From a virus (lineage: Duplodnaviria; Caudoviricetes): DNA of 60,277 nt. The stretch lies in IMG/VR virus record IMGVR_UViG_3300030380_002146, positions 1 through 60,277 of that record. The stretch is one strand, 5' to 3'. The notes below the pieces were generated by a model. The model searched no databases and was not told where the DNA came from. It worked only from the letters and a program-made list of their open reading frames with translations. Of this stretch, positions 19,693 through 29,549 are shown piece by piece (positions within the stretch are counted from its first letter, which is position 1; each line of letters begins with the position of its first letter). The translations under genes and the position numbers were made by a program.

Positions 19693-21219
19693 ATGATAGC
19701 AAAGGAATTCGCACAGTTATTCGCAGGGTTACGAAAGGCTTATGGCTCTTTCGTTTCAGAAGAGGGTAACGGCATAGGAAAAGAAAAGGGAAGATACCGT
19801 ATCATATCAGAGGATATCGACGATTTACGGTTACAAGAACTTTGGAAAAATCATTTAGAAGGCAAAAGTTCATTAGGTATTATACCTATTACTGAAAACA
19901 ATACGTGTACTTGGGGGGCTATTGATATAGATCAATATCCTCTAAACCATAGTGATTTAGTAACTAAGTTAATACAAACTAATGAACTTCCTTTTGTAGT
20001 GGCACGGTCTAAATCAGGGGGTGCACATGTATATGTGTTTTTATCTGAACCAGTCAGCTGTGCTATTGTTCAACATAAATTAAAAGATATTGCATCGGTG
20101 TTAGGTTATGCAACGGCAGAGATATTCCCCAAACAAACTAAACTTTTGTTAGAAAAAGGTGATAGAGGTAGCACTTTAAATATGCCTTACTTCGGTGGTA
20201 AACGTACAACTAGGTATGCTCACGATGATAAAGGGGTAGCAATAACAGACTTAGAAGAATTTTTAAAATATGCAAAAAGCAAAGTAATCAGTAAGAAGCA
20301 ATTAGAAAGCCTAAAGATTATATCAGCAGATAACGCAGATAAAGATTTGGAGGGTGCACCACCTTGTTTAAAAATACTTTGTAGTATGGGCTTTCCTGAA
20401 GGAACTAGGAATAATGGGTTATTTGATGTCGGTGTGTTTTTAAGAAAGAAGTTTTCAGACGATTGGGAAAAGAAGTTAGAAGAAAAGAACTTTCAATATA
20501 TGAAGCCTCCACTTGGTGCTGCAGATGTATTGACTGTTATTAAGTCGTTAAGTAATAGAGATTATCAATATAAGTGTAACGACCAACCTATCGCATCTCA
20601 TTGTAATGCTGCCGTTTGTCGAACATGTGAATACGGTGTTGGTTCTTCTGGAGGTTTACCACAATTTAGTAATTTACAAAAGCAGGATTCTACTCCTCCT
20701 ATTTGGTTTTTAGATGTAGAGGGTTATCGAATAGAACTTACAACAGACGAGTTACAAAACCAAACTAAATTTCAAAGAAGATGTATGGATGAATTAAACT
20801 TTATGCCGTTAACTATGCGACAAAACAACTGGAGAACGGTAGTCCAACAATTATTAGATAGTGTATCTATTATCGAAGTGCCTGACGATGTTTCCGTTCA
20901 CGGACAGTTCAAAGAACTATTAGAGTCTTTTTGTACAGAGCGTGCACAAGCCCAATCAAGAGACGAGTTATTATTAGGTAAGCCTTGGACAGAAGAAAGT
21001 AAAACTTATTTTAGGTTAAAAGATTTAATTGATTATTTTGGTAGGCAACAGTTTAGGGATTATGGTAGAAACCATATTGCTGCAAGGCTCAGAGAATTAG
21101 GAGGGGGCGATCACTTCTTCCATGTAAAAGGTAAAGGTGTAACTGTTTGGTATATACCTGAGTTTAGTTCTCAAGAAGATAGCTTTGAGTTACCTAGTAT
21201 GGGCGAGGATCCATTTTGA
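19693..21219 (+). CDS. Primase (AEP/primase-polymerase type with PriCT-like region)
   Basis: WGAIDID, RSKSGGAHVY, LNMPYF, PPCL...EGTRNNGLF and a C-terminal Cys/His cluster. Confidence 0.8.
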   Translation: MIAKEFAQLFAGLRKAYGSFVSEEGNGIGKEKGRYRIISEDIDDLRLQELWKNHLEGKSSLGIIPITENNTCTWGAIDIDQYPLNHSDLVTKLIQTNELPFVVARSKSGGAHVYVFLSEPVSCAIVQHKLKDIASVLGYATAEIFPKQTKLLLEKGDRGSTLNMPYFGGKRTTRYAHDDKGVAITDLEEFLKYAKSKVISKKQLESLKIISADNADKDLEGAPPCLKILCSMGFPEGTRNNGLFDVGVFLRKKFSDDWEKKLEEKNFQYMKPPLGAADVLTVIKSLSNRDYQYKCNDQPIASHCNAAVCRTCEYGVGSSGGLPQFSNLQKQDSTPPIWFLDVEGYRIELTTDELQNQTKFQRRCMDELNFMPLTMRQNNWRTVVQQLLDSVSIIEVPDDVSVHGQFKELLESFCTERAQAQSRDELLLGKPWTEESKTYFRLKDLIDYFGRQQFRDYGRNHIAARLRELGGGDHFFHVKGKGVTVWYIPEFSSQEDSFELPSMGEDPF

Positions 21220-22718
21220 GTATAGATCCTTCTACATGGTCGATTATTCTTGGACCTCCAGGAACTGGAAAGACTACAACGATTCTTAACCTAATAGAGA
21301 TGGAGATGCAAAAAGGAACTCCACCTGATAAGATAGGTTATTTTGCTTTTACAAAGAAAGCATCTGACGAGGGCAAGGATAGAACTATGGAACGGTTTGC
21401 TTTAACTGGAAAAGACATACCCAACTTTAGAACGCTACACTCTTTGTGCTATCGTATGCTAGGTCTGTCACGAGACTCGGTCATGGCTCGTTCAAGCTAT
21501 AGAGAGTTTAACGATATTATGGGTTTACGTTTAACAGGAGATATAAGCCTAGAAGAAGGATCTATTTCTTTATTATCTAAAGATGATAAGTTAAAATTTA
21601 TCGAAGGATTAGCAAGGCTCAAGTGCCAAGATCTTAGGTCGGAGTGGCAAGAACACTACGATGAAGATATAGATTGGCATACGTTAGAAAGATTTTCTAA
21701 GGGCTTAAACCAATTTAAACAAGCAAGAGGGCTATATGATTTCACAGATATGCTTGATATGTGTGTAAGGAAAGAACTTGCCCCAACTCTAGACGTTATG
21801 TTTGTTGATGAAGCACAAGACCTTAGTCCTTTACAGTGGCAATTAGTAAAGATTCTCGCACAAAAATCTAAGCGAGTCTATATCGCTGGTGATGATGATC
21901 AAGCTATCTTTCGCTGGGCAGGGGCAGATGTGAACTTCTTGATTGACATATCCAGTGGTGCTAGGGTTTTGGAGAAAAGCTATCGTATTCCCCAAAGTGT
22001 TTTTAGAATAGCTAACAAAGTCATAAGTCGTATTAAGACAAGAACACAAAAAGTTTGGAGTCCTAGAGAAGAGACTGGTAATGTAGTCACCGAAGCAAGT
22101 TTCGAACATGTTGATATATCCTCTGGTCAATGGTTAATATTATCTCGATCTAATTATTTATTAAACGAGGTTGAAGCCCATTGTAGAGGATTAGGTGTAT
22201 ACTTTGAAAGAAAAAACAATCCTTCTATATCTCAAAAGAAAATAGATGCAGTAAAAAACTGGGAGGAACTAAGGAAAGGCAATCTTATTTTTCCTGACCA
22301 AGCTGAAAATATGTTACCGTATATAAAAGAAGCGAAAAGAAAAGCATTAGAAGGAGTAGAATCTTCTCGTAAACTTACATTAAAAGAAATACAAAACTTA
22401 GCAGAACTACCTGAACCAAAAATATGGCATGATATGTTTACTGCTCTTACCCCACACGAAAGAAGTTATATTCTTTCTATGCTTCGTCTTGGCGAAAAGA
22501 TAACTAAAAAACCACGGATAACATTATCTACAATACATTCAGCTAAAGGAGGAGAAGCTGATAATGTAATCTTATTAACCGACTTACCACATAGAACTTG
22601 GAAGTCTTACGAGAAAAACCCAGACGATGATACAAGGGTTTTTTATGTAGGCTTAACTAGGGCTAAACAAAAGCTACATATAGTTCAGCCAATGACCAAT
22701 AAGTTTTTTATGGTATGA
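21216..22718 (+). CDS. UvrD/Rep-like SF1 helicase
   Basis: GPPGTGKTT, VDEAQD, GDDDQAIF, SYRIP, STIHSAKGGEAD and FYVGLTRAK. Confidence 0.92.
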   Translation: MSIDPSTWSIILGPPGTGKTTTILNLIEMEMQKGTPPDKIGYFAFTKKASDEGKDRTMERFALTGKDIPNFRTLHSLCYRMLGLSRDSVMARSSYREFNDIMGLRLTGDISLEEGSISLLSKDDKLKFIEGLARLKCQDLRSEWQEHYDEDIDWHTLERFSKGLNQFKQARGLYDFTDMLDMCVRKELAPTLDVMFVDEAQDLSPLQWQLVKILAQKSKRVYIAGDDDQAIFRWAGADVNFLIDISSGARVLEKSYRIPQSVFRIANKVISRIKTRTQKVWSPREETGNVVTEASFEHVDISSGQWLILSRSNYLLNEVEAHCRGLGVYFERKNNPSISQKKIDAVKNWEELRKGNLIFPDQAENMLPYIKEAKRKALEGVESSRKLTLKEIQNLAELPEPKIWHDMFTALTPHERSYILSMLRLGEKITKKPRITLSTIHSAKGGEADNVILLTDLPHRTWKSYEKNPDDDTRVFYVGLTRAKQKLHIVQPMTNKFFMV

Positions 22719-22795
22719 AAAGTTTATACTTTATTTTTAATAAACTATAGTATAATATCTTAATATAGTAAATTTTATTTAGAAAGGATGAATTT

Positions 22796-23116
22796 ATGAA
22801 AATAGGAAAAAAAGTTCAAGTTACTTCTCTTGGTATTGAATTAGAAGATGATATACCAGTGCCTCCAGGATCTGATCGTAGATCTGCAGAACGAAAATAC
22901 CCTTTAAATGAAATGAAAGTAGGACAGTCTTTCTTTTTACCTTTAGAGGAGGGTGATAACTTAAAGCGTATGGCTAATCGTTTGAGCCAAGCTAGGCAAA
23001 CATACCAGAAAAAATATGAGGGTGTTCGCTTTACTCAAAGGCTATGGGAACAAGATGATCCTGATAATGTTGGGAACAACAGTACTCTTGGTATACGAGT
23101 CTGGCGTGTCCAATAA
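22796..23116 (+). CDS. Conserved phage hypothetical protein (putative DNA-binding)
   Basis: EDDIPVP...KYPLNEMKVGQSFF...GIRVWRV; own promoter and AGAAAGG RBS. Confidence 0.65.
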   Translation: MKIGKKVQVTSLGIELEDDIPVPPGSDRRSAERKYPLNEMKVGQSFFLPLEEGDNLKRMANRLSQARQTYQKKYEGVRFTQRLWEQDDPDNVGNNSTLGIRVWRVQ

Positions 23117-23153
23117 AGATCTTTCTCACCCAGAGGGGTATCGACAAGAGTAT

Positions 23154-23510
23154 ATGTCTGGGTGCACAAGGTTTTGGCACCCAGAAGAATTACAAAAATT
23201 ATTAGATGAATCACCAAAAATTAAAAAGGAGAGAGCCGTGGGCGAAGTTATTGATATTCAAAAAGTAAAGAAGACTAGAATAAAGCACGATGATAATACA
23301 TCTATTACTTATATAAAGCACCCAGAACGAGGGGCAAAACAAATGATGGTAATATTAGATGTTATAAAGCAAAACAATCCTATCATATCAAAAGACTTAA
23401 TGCATGATCTTTCAGGTTGTCTTGATACAACACAACCAGTCCATAAAGTTTTTAAACACTATCTTCGTGAGATGGTCGACAATGGGTATATCTCAATCAT
23501 GTCCTCATAG
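23154..23510 (+). CDS. Hypothetical protein, member of a 3-copy putative winged-helix family
   Basis: C-terminus aligns by eye with 38455..38805 and 39852..40232. Start is uncertain (ORF track extends it to 23016). Confidence 0.55.
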   Translation: MSGCTRFWHPEELQKLLDESPKIKKERAVGEVIDIQKVKKTRIKHDDNTSITYIKHPERGAKQMMVILDVIKQNNPIISKDLMHDLSGCLDTTQPVHKVFKHYLREMVDNGYISIMSS

Positions 23511-23526
23511 CTAGTTTCACGTCGCT

Positions 23527-23581
23527 AGGGAAGTACTCGAGGAAATCTTAACCTTTCTATTTCTTTGATACTTCCCTTTTT
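23527..23581 (+). terminator. Long terminator-like hairpin with a 12-nt anti-RBS loop
   Basis: 19-bp stem (agggaagta-c-tcgaggaaat / atttctttga-tacttccct, two G:U pairs), loop cttaacctttct, T tract. Confidence 0.75.
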
Positions 23582-23604
23582 ATTTTAACAAAAGGAGGAA
23601 GCCG

Positions 23605-24444
23605 ATGGCATCTATACGAAAACGACTTGCAGTAAATGCAAACAATTCTAAAAACACTAGAATGGATATAGCTAGTGCAGGAACACTAGCAAACTGGCGA
23701 CCAGACGAACTAGCCCACATTAGTAGGTTTTGTAAAATGGGTCAACTTATTATGGATAAAGCTAAGACTCTTGGCAGACCAGTGGATATATTAGAAATAG
23801 GTTGTGGTGAAGTTTGGACGCTTCGTTATTTGTATAAAGCGTTTGTTTCAAGAAAAGCAGAAATAGTAAACAGCTATGTAGGTATGGATATTGATCCAGC
23901 TTGTCTCGATGATTGGTGGGTAGACGACGATTTACCATTAACTGAGCATAAATGGTTTCAAACTATGTCAGGTGGTAAAGGTCAGATTATTCTTCAAGAC
24001 TTAACAACTAACCCTGAACCTCCAGTAGAAGATGAGTCTATAGATGTGTTTATGACAACAGAAGTTATTGAACATATGGGAAGAGAGTTTATCGAACCGT
24101 GGATCGAAGCATCAGCTAGAAAACTCCGTTCAGGTGGTATTGCTTATATATCAACTCCTAACCATGACGGTTCGAATGATAAACTTCCAGAAGACCATGT
24201 TTATGAGTGGGGTTATGAAGAACTAAAAGAACTTTTAGAGAAACATTTTATATTAGAACGTCATTACGGTACGTTTACTCAAACTCATAACTTTAATAAA
24301 AACCACCGTGCTAATCTTCGATGGCCACAGCACGTCATAGACGACATAAAGAATAGGTTCGATAAACATTGGCAAAGAGTTCTTTTAGCTACGGCTTATC
24401 CTGAAACATCTAATAATGTAAACTGGCATTTAAGGAAGAAGTAA
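23605..24444 (+). CDS. Class I SAM-dependent methyltransferase (small-molecule type)
   Basis: Motif I ILEIGCGE, GMDID, post-II TEVIEHM, ISTPN; no DPPY/NPPY or PC DNA-methyltransferase motif. Confidence 0.8.
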   Translation: MASIRKRLAVNANNSKNTRMDIASAGTLANWRPDELAHISRFCKMGQLIMDKAKTLGRPVDILEIGCGEVWTLRYLYKAFVSRKAEIVNSYVGMDIDPACLDDWWVDDDLPLTEHKWFQTMSGGKGQIILQDLTTNPEPPVEDESIDVFMTTEVIEHMGREFIEPWIEASARKLRSGGIAYISTPNHDGSNDKLPEDHVYEWGYEELKELLEKHFILERHYGTFTQTHNFNKNHRANLRWPQHVIDDIKNRFDKHWQRVLLATAYPETSNNVNWHLRKK

Positions 24445-25271
24445 TGGAGCCAACAAGACGATTTTTTCGATGGATTGAGGATAGACATGAAATCTACTTA
24501 AAAAAAGAAGCAGGTCTTCCTCGCCCATGGACAACGGATGTCATATTAGATACATATCGATTTACCAATCCGTTTCGTGAAAACGATAAAACAACTGTGT
24601 GGTTTCGTGAGAACATGAGAGATCCACTCAAACATACAAAAGATGTATTATTAGCTACGGTAATTTTTCGTTGGTTTAATTTAATTGAAACTGGAGAAAC
24701 TTTATTAAGACATAATCTTCATAAGTTTTGGAATGCAGAACTAGCAAGAGAAAAAATAAAAGAACAAAAGAAGTTTGTTACTGGAGGATATATAATAAAA
24801 ACTCCAGACGGTATGGATAAAGTTGACGGTGTTATTTGGTGTATAAATAATATTGTAAAAAACCATAACAAAATTCTAAACGACTTTGCAGAGATAAATA
24901 CTTTACAAAAAGCCCACTTACTATTTCAAGAGTACCCATACTTAGGTCATTTTATGTCTTACGAATTAGTTTGTGATCTTCGCTATACTCTTTTCTTAGA
25001 TAAAGCCCTTGATATACATCGTTGGGCTAATGCTGGTCCAGGAGCGATGAGAGGGTTAAATCGTATTCATGGTCGTAGTTTAAATTATACAAGTAAGAAA
25101 CATGATTGGAATGCTGAAATGGTTGAGTTAAAATCAGTTCGTAACCAATACTTACCTTATTCTATAGCCCATAAACTAGAGATGCGAGAAATAGAACATA
25201 GCTTATGTGAGTTTGATAAGTATGAACGAGTCCGTAAAGGAGAAGGAAAGCCAAGGGGGTTATATAGATGA
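24444..25271 (+). CDS. aGPT-Pplase1-like (alpha-glutamyl/putrescinyl-thymine pathway) DNA base-modification protein
   Basis: DRHEIYLKKEAGLPRPWTTDVILDTYRFTNPFRENDKTT, FRWFN, GPGAMRGL and EIEHSLCEFDKY match my recollection of this family. Confidence 0.75.
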   Translation: MEPTRRFFRWIEDRHEIYLKKEAGLPRPWTTDVILDTYRFTNPFRENDKTTVWFRENMRDPLKHTKDVLLATVIFRWFNLIETGETLLRHNLHKFWNAELAREKIKEQKKFVTGGYIIKTPDGMDKVDGVIWCINNIVKNHNKILNDFAEINTLQKAHLLFQEYPYLGHFMSYELVCDLRYTLFLDKALDIHRWANAGPGAMRGLNRIHGRSLNYTSKKHDWNAEMVELKSVRNQYLPYSIAHKLEMREIEHSLCEFDKYERVRKGEGKPRGLYR

Positions 25272-26317
25272 TTACATTTCGTGGAGATAACGTAGAAGAA
25301 GTATTTCAAATAGCTTTACTGTCATTACGAGATCCGTCTAGCACGGTAAAGATACCAACTCGAAATGGCGATGTCTTAATGTTTAGAGACCCTGTTTGTT
25401 CTACTTACAACTTTCCAAGAGAACGAGTAATGTTTATTCCTGAGAGAGATTGTAATCCTTTTTTCCATTTTATAGAGGGCTTATGGATGTTAGCTGGACG
25501 AAGAGACGTAGAACCATTGGCACGATTCGTAAAAAGAATGAGAGAGTTTTCTGACGATGGAAACTTTTTATATGGATCTTACGGCTATCGTTGGAGACAC
25601 CAGTTTGGTTATGATCAGCTTCATAGTGTTATACAAAAACTAAAAGATAATAAATGGGATAGACGAATAGTTTTATCAATGTGGGATCCTGTACATGATC
25701 TTCATTATGTAGGTAAAGATGTTCCATGTAATACTCAAATATATTTTAAAGCCTATCCAACAAAAGAACTAGGGGAAGAGCATAACCAGATTAAATTAGA
25801 TATGACAGTTTGTTGTAGATCTAATGATTTAATTTGGGGTGCTTACGGTGCTAACGCAGTCCACTTTAGTATGCTTCATGAATATATAGCAACAATGTCA
25901 GGATTAAGTGTGGGTTGTTATCATCAAATTAGTAATAATGCTCATGTTTATTTAGATGTTTGGAATGAGTTAGATAAGAAACTTTCTAAAGGTATTTCTC
26001 CCCATGGTTATGAAACAGATCCAGATATGACTTGGCTAGACTTAATACAAGATAAACAAAACTTCGATAAGGATTTAAATTATTTCTTTAACTTGTTTTG
26101 TTCTAGTAAAGATAATGAAGAACTAGGTGGCATGTGGATAACACCAGATCATTTTAGTAATATGAAAACATTTGCTTACACAGCGATACCTATTGTTGAG
26201 GCATGGAACTATTATAAACAAAAAGACTATGACCATGCTATATTACAAGCCTCGACTATCCAAGCACCAGATTGGAGAAAAGCATGTATGGAGTGGTTAG
26301 AAAGGAAAGTAAAATGA
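25268..26317 (+). CDS. Thymidylate synthase-fold protein, probable dUMP hydroxymethylase
   Basis: YGYRWR, DRRIVLSMWDP, catalytic PCN, RSNDLIWG, GANAVHF (Asn at the dUMP-specificity position), NAHVY. Confidence 0.8.
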   Translation: MITFRGDNVEEVFQIALLSLRDPSSTVKIPTRNGDVLMFRDPVCSTYNFPRERVMFIPERDCNPFFHFIEGLWMLAGRRDVEPLARFVKRMREFSDDGNFLYGSYGYRWRHQFGYDQLHSVIQKLKDNKWDRRIVLSMWDPVHDLHYVGKDVPCNTQIYFKAYPTKELGEEHNQIKLDMTVCCRSNDLIWGAYGANAVHFSMLHEYIATMSGLSVGCYHQISNNAHVYLDVWNELDKKLSKGISPHGYETDPDMTWLDLIQDKQNFDKDLNYFFNLFCSSKDNEELGGMWITPDHFSNMKTFAYTAIPIVEAWNYYKQKDYDHAILQASTIQAPDWRKACMEWLERKVK

Positions 26318-26625
26318 GTAATCAAGCAACTAGAAGTAAGATAATTCAAAAAGTAAATAAATTAGCTAACGAAGATGTAACAGGTCTACACGAAGCAGAA
26401 AAGTCTTATGGAGATAGCTGGAAAAAGCGTGGAGGCATAGGGGCTTTTATGATGTTAGCTAGGAAGTGGGATCGTATAGAAAACCAAGCAAACGACTATA
26501 CTTACGATATCTTCTTAGCTTTAGACGAAGATAAGAGACCAGAGGGGCTTATAGACGATATAAGAGACCTTAGACGCTATCTACTACTAGTCGAGGCAGA
26601 AATGGCTTTACAAAAGAATGGGTAA
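26314..26625 (+). CDS. Nucleotide-modification-associated helical protein (Nmad1/DUF1599-like)
   Basis: KSYGDSWKKRG...ARKWDRI...DDIRDLRRYLLL. Confidence 0.65.
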   Translation: MSNQATRSKIIQKVNKLANEDVTGLHEAEKSYGDSWKKRGGIGAFMMLARKWDRIENQANDYTYDIFLALDEDKRPEGLIDDIRDLRRYLLLVEAEMALQKNG

Positions 26626-28618
26626 TACGGTAAAATCTTCCCAACAGAAAGGGAAGAAAGATATGTTTAAACAAAAGAACCCATTACAACAACCGTTGTT
26701 TACTCCTGATAGTTCTTGGACACCCCCAGAGTTTTTACCAGACTTATCTTCAGCTAAAGAAATAGCTATCGACCTTGAAACATGGGATCCAAACCTTAGA
26801 AACAAAGGTGCAGGTTGGGCTAGGAAAGATGGACAGATTGTTGGTATAGCTGTAGCTACTGACGGTTGGCAAGGTTATTTGCCTATTCGACATCGTGCTG
26901 GAGGCAACTTAGACGAAAACGCTGTCATGAGTTGGATGAAAGATGTAGCTAAAACGAAAGCTGATAAAGTTTGTCATAACGCTTCTTATGATATTGGCTG
27001 GTTAAAAGCTGAAGGTATTGAAGTTAAAGGTCGTATTATAGATACTATGATTGGTGCACCTTTGATTGATGAAAATAGATTTAGTTACTCTTTAAATAAC
27101 TTAGGTAAAACATATCTACAAGAAACTAAAAGCGAAGAACTATTATACGATGCTGCCCAAGCATGGGGTGTAGATGCAAAAGCAGGGTTATATCAGATTC
27201 CCCCTATGTATGTTGGTCCATATGCAGAGCAAGATGCTGCGATGACTTTACGACTATGGAACTGGCAAAAGTCAGAAATATCTAGGCAAGACTTATGGTC
27301 TGTATTCGATTTAGAAACGTCTATACTTCCTTTACTTATAGATATGAGAATGAAAGGTGTTAAAGTAGACCTAGAAGCTACAGAAAGACTATCTAAACAG
27401 TTTCAAGCAAAAGAGATGGAGTCTCTTCATCGCATAAAGCAACTCGTAGGCGAAGAAGTAGAAATATGGGCTAATGCTTCCATAGAAAAAGCATTCAAAA
27501 AACTCAACTTATCATTTAACTATACCGAAAAAGGATCACCGTCATTCCAGCAATCGTGGCTTGAAGCCCATGAACATGAGTTCCCACAGCTAATCGTAAA
27601 AGCACGAAAGATGAATAAAGCTAGGACAACTTTTATTGACGGTATGCTTATGAGTAATCAACAAAATGGTCGTATTCATGCAGAACTTCATCCACTACGT
27701 TCTGATGATGGGGGAACGGTTACTGGACGATTTAGTTACAGTAACCCAAACCTCCAACAAGTACCTGCAAGAGATCCTGAGATTGGTGCAGCAATAAGAT
27801 CCCTCTTCATCCCTGAAGACAACTGCGAGTGGGGAGCATTCGATTATTCTCAGCAAGAACCAAGATTAGTTGTTCATTACGCAGAGATGATGCAGTTAAG
27901 AGGTGCAAAAGATGCAGGAGATGCATTTAGAGACGGTGATGCAGACTTCCATCAAGTCGTAGCCGATATGGCAGGCATAAAAAGAAAGCAAGCAAAAAAC
28001 ATCAACCTTGGTTTGTTTTACTCTATGGGTGTAAAAAAGCTGTCTGATAGTCTAGGGCTAACCTTAGACGAAGGAAAAGAATTATTTGGTCGATATCATG
28101 AACGAGTACCTTTTGTAAAAGCGTTAAGTGAGCGTGCAATAAGACGAGCATCTGATCAAGGCAGTATAAGAACATTACTTGGTAGACGTTGTCGGTTCGA
28201 TAAATGGGAACCATCACAGTTTGGTACACGAAAAATTATGGATCATAAGACTGCCTATGCTGAACACGGTAATGCTATTAAAAGAGCCTTTACTCATAAA
28301 GCTATGAACAGACTTATACAAGGTAGTGCTGCAGATATGACAAAGAAAGCTATGCAGTTATTATATGCAGAGGGCATCATCCCCCATATCCAAGTACATG
28401 ACGAATTAGATTTTTCTATAGAATCGCATGAGCAAGCTGTTCGTATAAAAGAAATTATGGAACACTGTGTAGAACTATCTGTTCCTGTAAAAGTAGACGT
28501 TGATCTTGGTCCAAACTGGGGTGAAGCAAAAGACGCAGAAAAAGCAATAAAGCACGCAGAGTCTGTAAGGGGTTGGACGAGGGGTGCAGAGTCAGATTAC
28601 ACAAAGCAGGCAGTATAG
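26618..28618 (+). CDS. polA: DNA polymerase family A with 3'-5' exonuclease domain
   Basis: Exonuclease motifs DLET, HNASYD, YAEQD; TVTGRFS..NPNLQQVP; motif A DYSQQE, motif B RKQAKNINLGLFY, motif C QVHDE. Confidence 0.95.
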   Translation: MGNTVKSSQQKGKKDMFKQKNPLQQPLFTPDSSWTPPEFLPDLSSAKEIAIDLETWDPNLRNKGAGWARKDGQIVGIAVATDGWQGYLPIRHRAGGNLDENAVMSWMKDVAKTKADKVCHNASYDIGWLKAEGIEVKGRIIDTMIGAPLIDENRFSYSLNNLGKTYLQETKSEELLYDAAQAWGVDAKAGLYQIPPMYVGPYAEQDAAMTLRLWNWQKSEISRQDLWSVFDLETSILPLLIDMRMKGVKVDLEATERLSKQFQAKEMESLHRIKQLVGEEVEIWANASIEKAFKKLNLSFNYTEKGSPSFQQSWLEAHEHEFPQLIVKARKMNKARTTFIDGMLMSNQQNGRIHAELHPLRSDDGGTVTGRFSYSNPNLQQVPARDPEIGAAIRSLFIPEDNCEWGAFDYSQQEPRLVVHYAEMMQLRGAKDAGDAFRDGDADFHQVVADMAGIKRKQAKNINLGLFYSMGVKKLSDSLGLTLDEGKELFGRYHERVPFVKALSERAIRRASDQGSIRTLLGRRCRFDKWEPSQFGTRKIMDHKTAYAEHGNAIKRAFTHKAMNRLIQGSAADMTKKAMQLLYAEGIIPHIQVHDELDFSIESHEQAVRIKEIMEHCVELSVPVKVDVDLGPNWGEAKDAEKAIKHAESVRGWTRGAESDYTKQAV

Positions 28619-28690
28619 CGAGTAAAAACAGGCTTTTCGTATTTTATTCCTTATTATTGCGTAATATAATAATATTTTATAGGAGTAAAA

Positions 28691-28915
28691 ATGTCACAAC
28701 CAATACCTAAAAAAGTCGAAATACCTGTAGTTATGGCTGCAGTATTATGGAAAGCCTTACGCAATAGCAACTGTCCTGAGATGGATTTACTAGCATCATG
28801 CATGATAAATCAAGGTCTCGAGATAGAAGGCTCAGCAGAAGAAGTATATGACTACTATAAGGAGTATCTAATCGCAAATGGATTACTTCAAGAGGAGAGT
28901 GATATTACTCAGTAA
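28691..28915 (+). CDS. Hypothetical protein
   Basis: AGGAG RBS downstream of a TATAAT promoter. Confidence 0.6.
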   Translation: MSQPIPKKVEIPVVMAAVLWKALRNSNCPEMDLLASCMINQGLEIEGSAEEVYDYYKEYLIANGLLQEESDITQ

Positions 28916-28933
28916 CCAACTAACTTAGAAAGG

Positions 28934-29284
28934 ATGAATATGTTAGATAGAAATCACGACAGGGAACACTTCAATAATTTGATGAAGATGTTAGTTGCCT
29001 CAGCTAAAAATGCACAAGCTGAGAAAGAGCAAGTGCTAAGATACCGTGAACGAATCCGAGGCTTATCTAAGAAATATGCTTCAATACTAAAAGAGGATCC
29101 ACACCAAAAAAGAGAGATGGTGGCTGTTCTTCTTAGAGGTATGCATATTTCGATAGAGGGATATAAACAGCATATGGATCGTGTTCAGTGGACAAAACAA
29201 AAAATACAGGAAGCTGTTCGTGTAGAAACCTTAACAGAAAGAGTAACAACTTTTAAACAACTGGAGGCAGTAAGCGATGTCTAA
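28934..29284 (+). CDS. Hypothetical protein
   Basis: 116-aa helical ORF coupled to the next gene. Confidence 0.55.
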   Translation: MNMLDRNHDREHFNNLMKMLVASAKNAQAEKEQVLRYRERIRGLSKKYASILKEDPHQKREMVAVLLRGMHISIEGYKQHMDRVQWTKQKIQEAVRVETLTERVTTFKQLEAVSDV

Positions 29285-29549
29285 TATAGAAATGCAAGAA
29301 CGACGTCAGTGGATGGATAAAGATCAGAAGAAGAAACTTGCGATGGAGTTTCTTTCCTCTACTCGAGGACAGTATATACTTAGTCAGGCTTTATGTTTAG
29401 CTATAGAAAAACTAGAGTCGGTTGACGGTGTCCATAAAGAAGTATCGAATATACATGATATGAATTTACTTCTAGATCATGTCTTTCCTATGTATAAAGG
29501 TCTCATGCGAGATAAAGTAGAGCGTGCACAGGAAGAAGACGATGGCTAA
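29277..29549 (+). CDS. Hypothetical protein
   Basis: GGAGG RBS; overlap coupling. Confidence 0.6.
   Translation: MSNIEMQERRQWMDKDQKKKLAMEFLSSTRGQYILSQALCLAIEKLESVDGVHKEVSNIHDMNLLLDHVFPMYKGLMRDKVERAQEEDDG

Noticed and set aside
23605-24444. Reading the methyltransferase as a restriction-type DNA methyltransferase
   Set aside because: It lacks DPPY/NPPY/SPPY and PC catalytic motifs and has the EVIEH/STPN pattern of small-molecule methyltransferases.
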